Assembly: GCA_951406725.2 (NCBI GenBank)
Contig: OX597842.1
Span: 31,930,001 to 31,994,000, forward strand
Source: Octopus vulgaris
Taxonomy: Eukaryota
Reading direction: 5' to 3'
DNA: 64,000 bases
A program made the position numbers and the translations under genes. Under the pieces are notes generated by a model. That model was given only the letters and a program-made list of their open reading frames with translations, did no database searches and was not told where the DNA came from. Shown here in pieces: positions 63,261 through 64,000 of this stretch. Each line of letters opens with the position of its first letter. The first letter of the stretch is position 1.

Positions 63261-64000
63261 AATGGGAGAGAGAGAGAGGGTTAAAGAATAAGAGGGAGAA
63301 TGAGAGAGAGGGAAATGCAGAGGGAGAGAGGGTAAGAGAATAAGAGGGAGAATGAGAGAGAGGGAAATGCAGAGGGAGAGAGGGTAAGAGAATAAGAGGG
63401 AGAATGAGAGAGAGGGAAATACAGAGGGAGAGAGGGTAAGAGATTAAGAGGGAGAATGAGAGAGAGGGAAATGCAGAGGGAGAGAGGGTAAGAGAACAAG
63501 AGGGAGAATGAGAGAGAGGGAAATGCAGAGGGAGAGAGGGTAAGAGAATAAGAGGGAGAATGGGAGAGAGGGGGAAATGCAGAGGGAGAGAGGGTAAGAG
63601 AATAAGAGGGAGAATGAGAGAGAGGGAAATGCAGAGGGAGAGAGGGTAAGAGAATAAGAGGGAGAATGAGAGAGAGGGAAATGCAGAGGGAGTGAGGGTA
63701 AGAGAAGAAGAGGGAGAATGGGAGAGAGGGAAAAGCAGAGGAAGATAGGGTAAGAGAATAAGAGGGAGAATGAGAGAGAGGGTAAGAGAATAAGAGGGAG
63801 AATGGAGAGAGGGTAAGAGAATAAGAGGGAGAATGGGAGAGAGGGTAAGAGAATAAGAGGGAGAATGAGAGAGAGGGAAATGCAGAGGGAGAGAGGGTAA
63901 GAGAATAAGAGGGAGAATGGGAGAGAGGGAAATGCAGAGGGAGAGAGTAAGAGAATAAGAGGGAGAATGAGAGAGAGGGAAATGCAGAGGGAGAGAGGGT
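63261..64000. repeat. GA-rich ~52-bp minisatellite related to the 58720 array
   Basis: Unit GGGTAAGAGAATAAGAGGGAGAATGAGAGAGAGGGAAATGCAGAGGGAGAGA. Confidence 0.9.

Overview
Repeat-dense eukaryotic genomic DNA. The SINE/LINE content is typical of Octopus (inferred). One protein-coding gene is on the minus strand: LIN54/tesmin family, the CXC-domain DNA-binding subunit of MuvB/DREAM. I reconstructed 11-12 phase-consistent exons from ~55929 to 22711 or 17285, giving about 981 aa. The rest is mobile and tandem DNA: a CR1/L2-type LINE with an uninterrupted ORF2, a Tx1-clade LINE with two nonsense codons inside a (TC)-rich minisatellite, RTE fragments, three SINE families, five non-autonomous Helitrons, several TIR elements and satellites. 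Main leads: (1) a textbook CDE/CHR element, the site LIN54 itself binds, just upstream of its likely start codon; (2) about 120 tandem GGACU-type (m6A DRACH) pentamers in the predicted 3' UTR; (3) two structurally complete minimal hammerhead ribozymes plus degenerate relatives; (4) a splice acceptor built from a modified repeat unit; (5) a ~5.4 kb almost AG-free satellite intron; (6) an 8-copy hAT MITE array bounded by a single TSD. All calls were made by eye, with no database searches.
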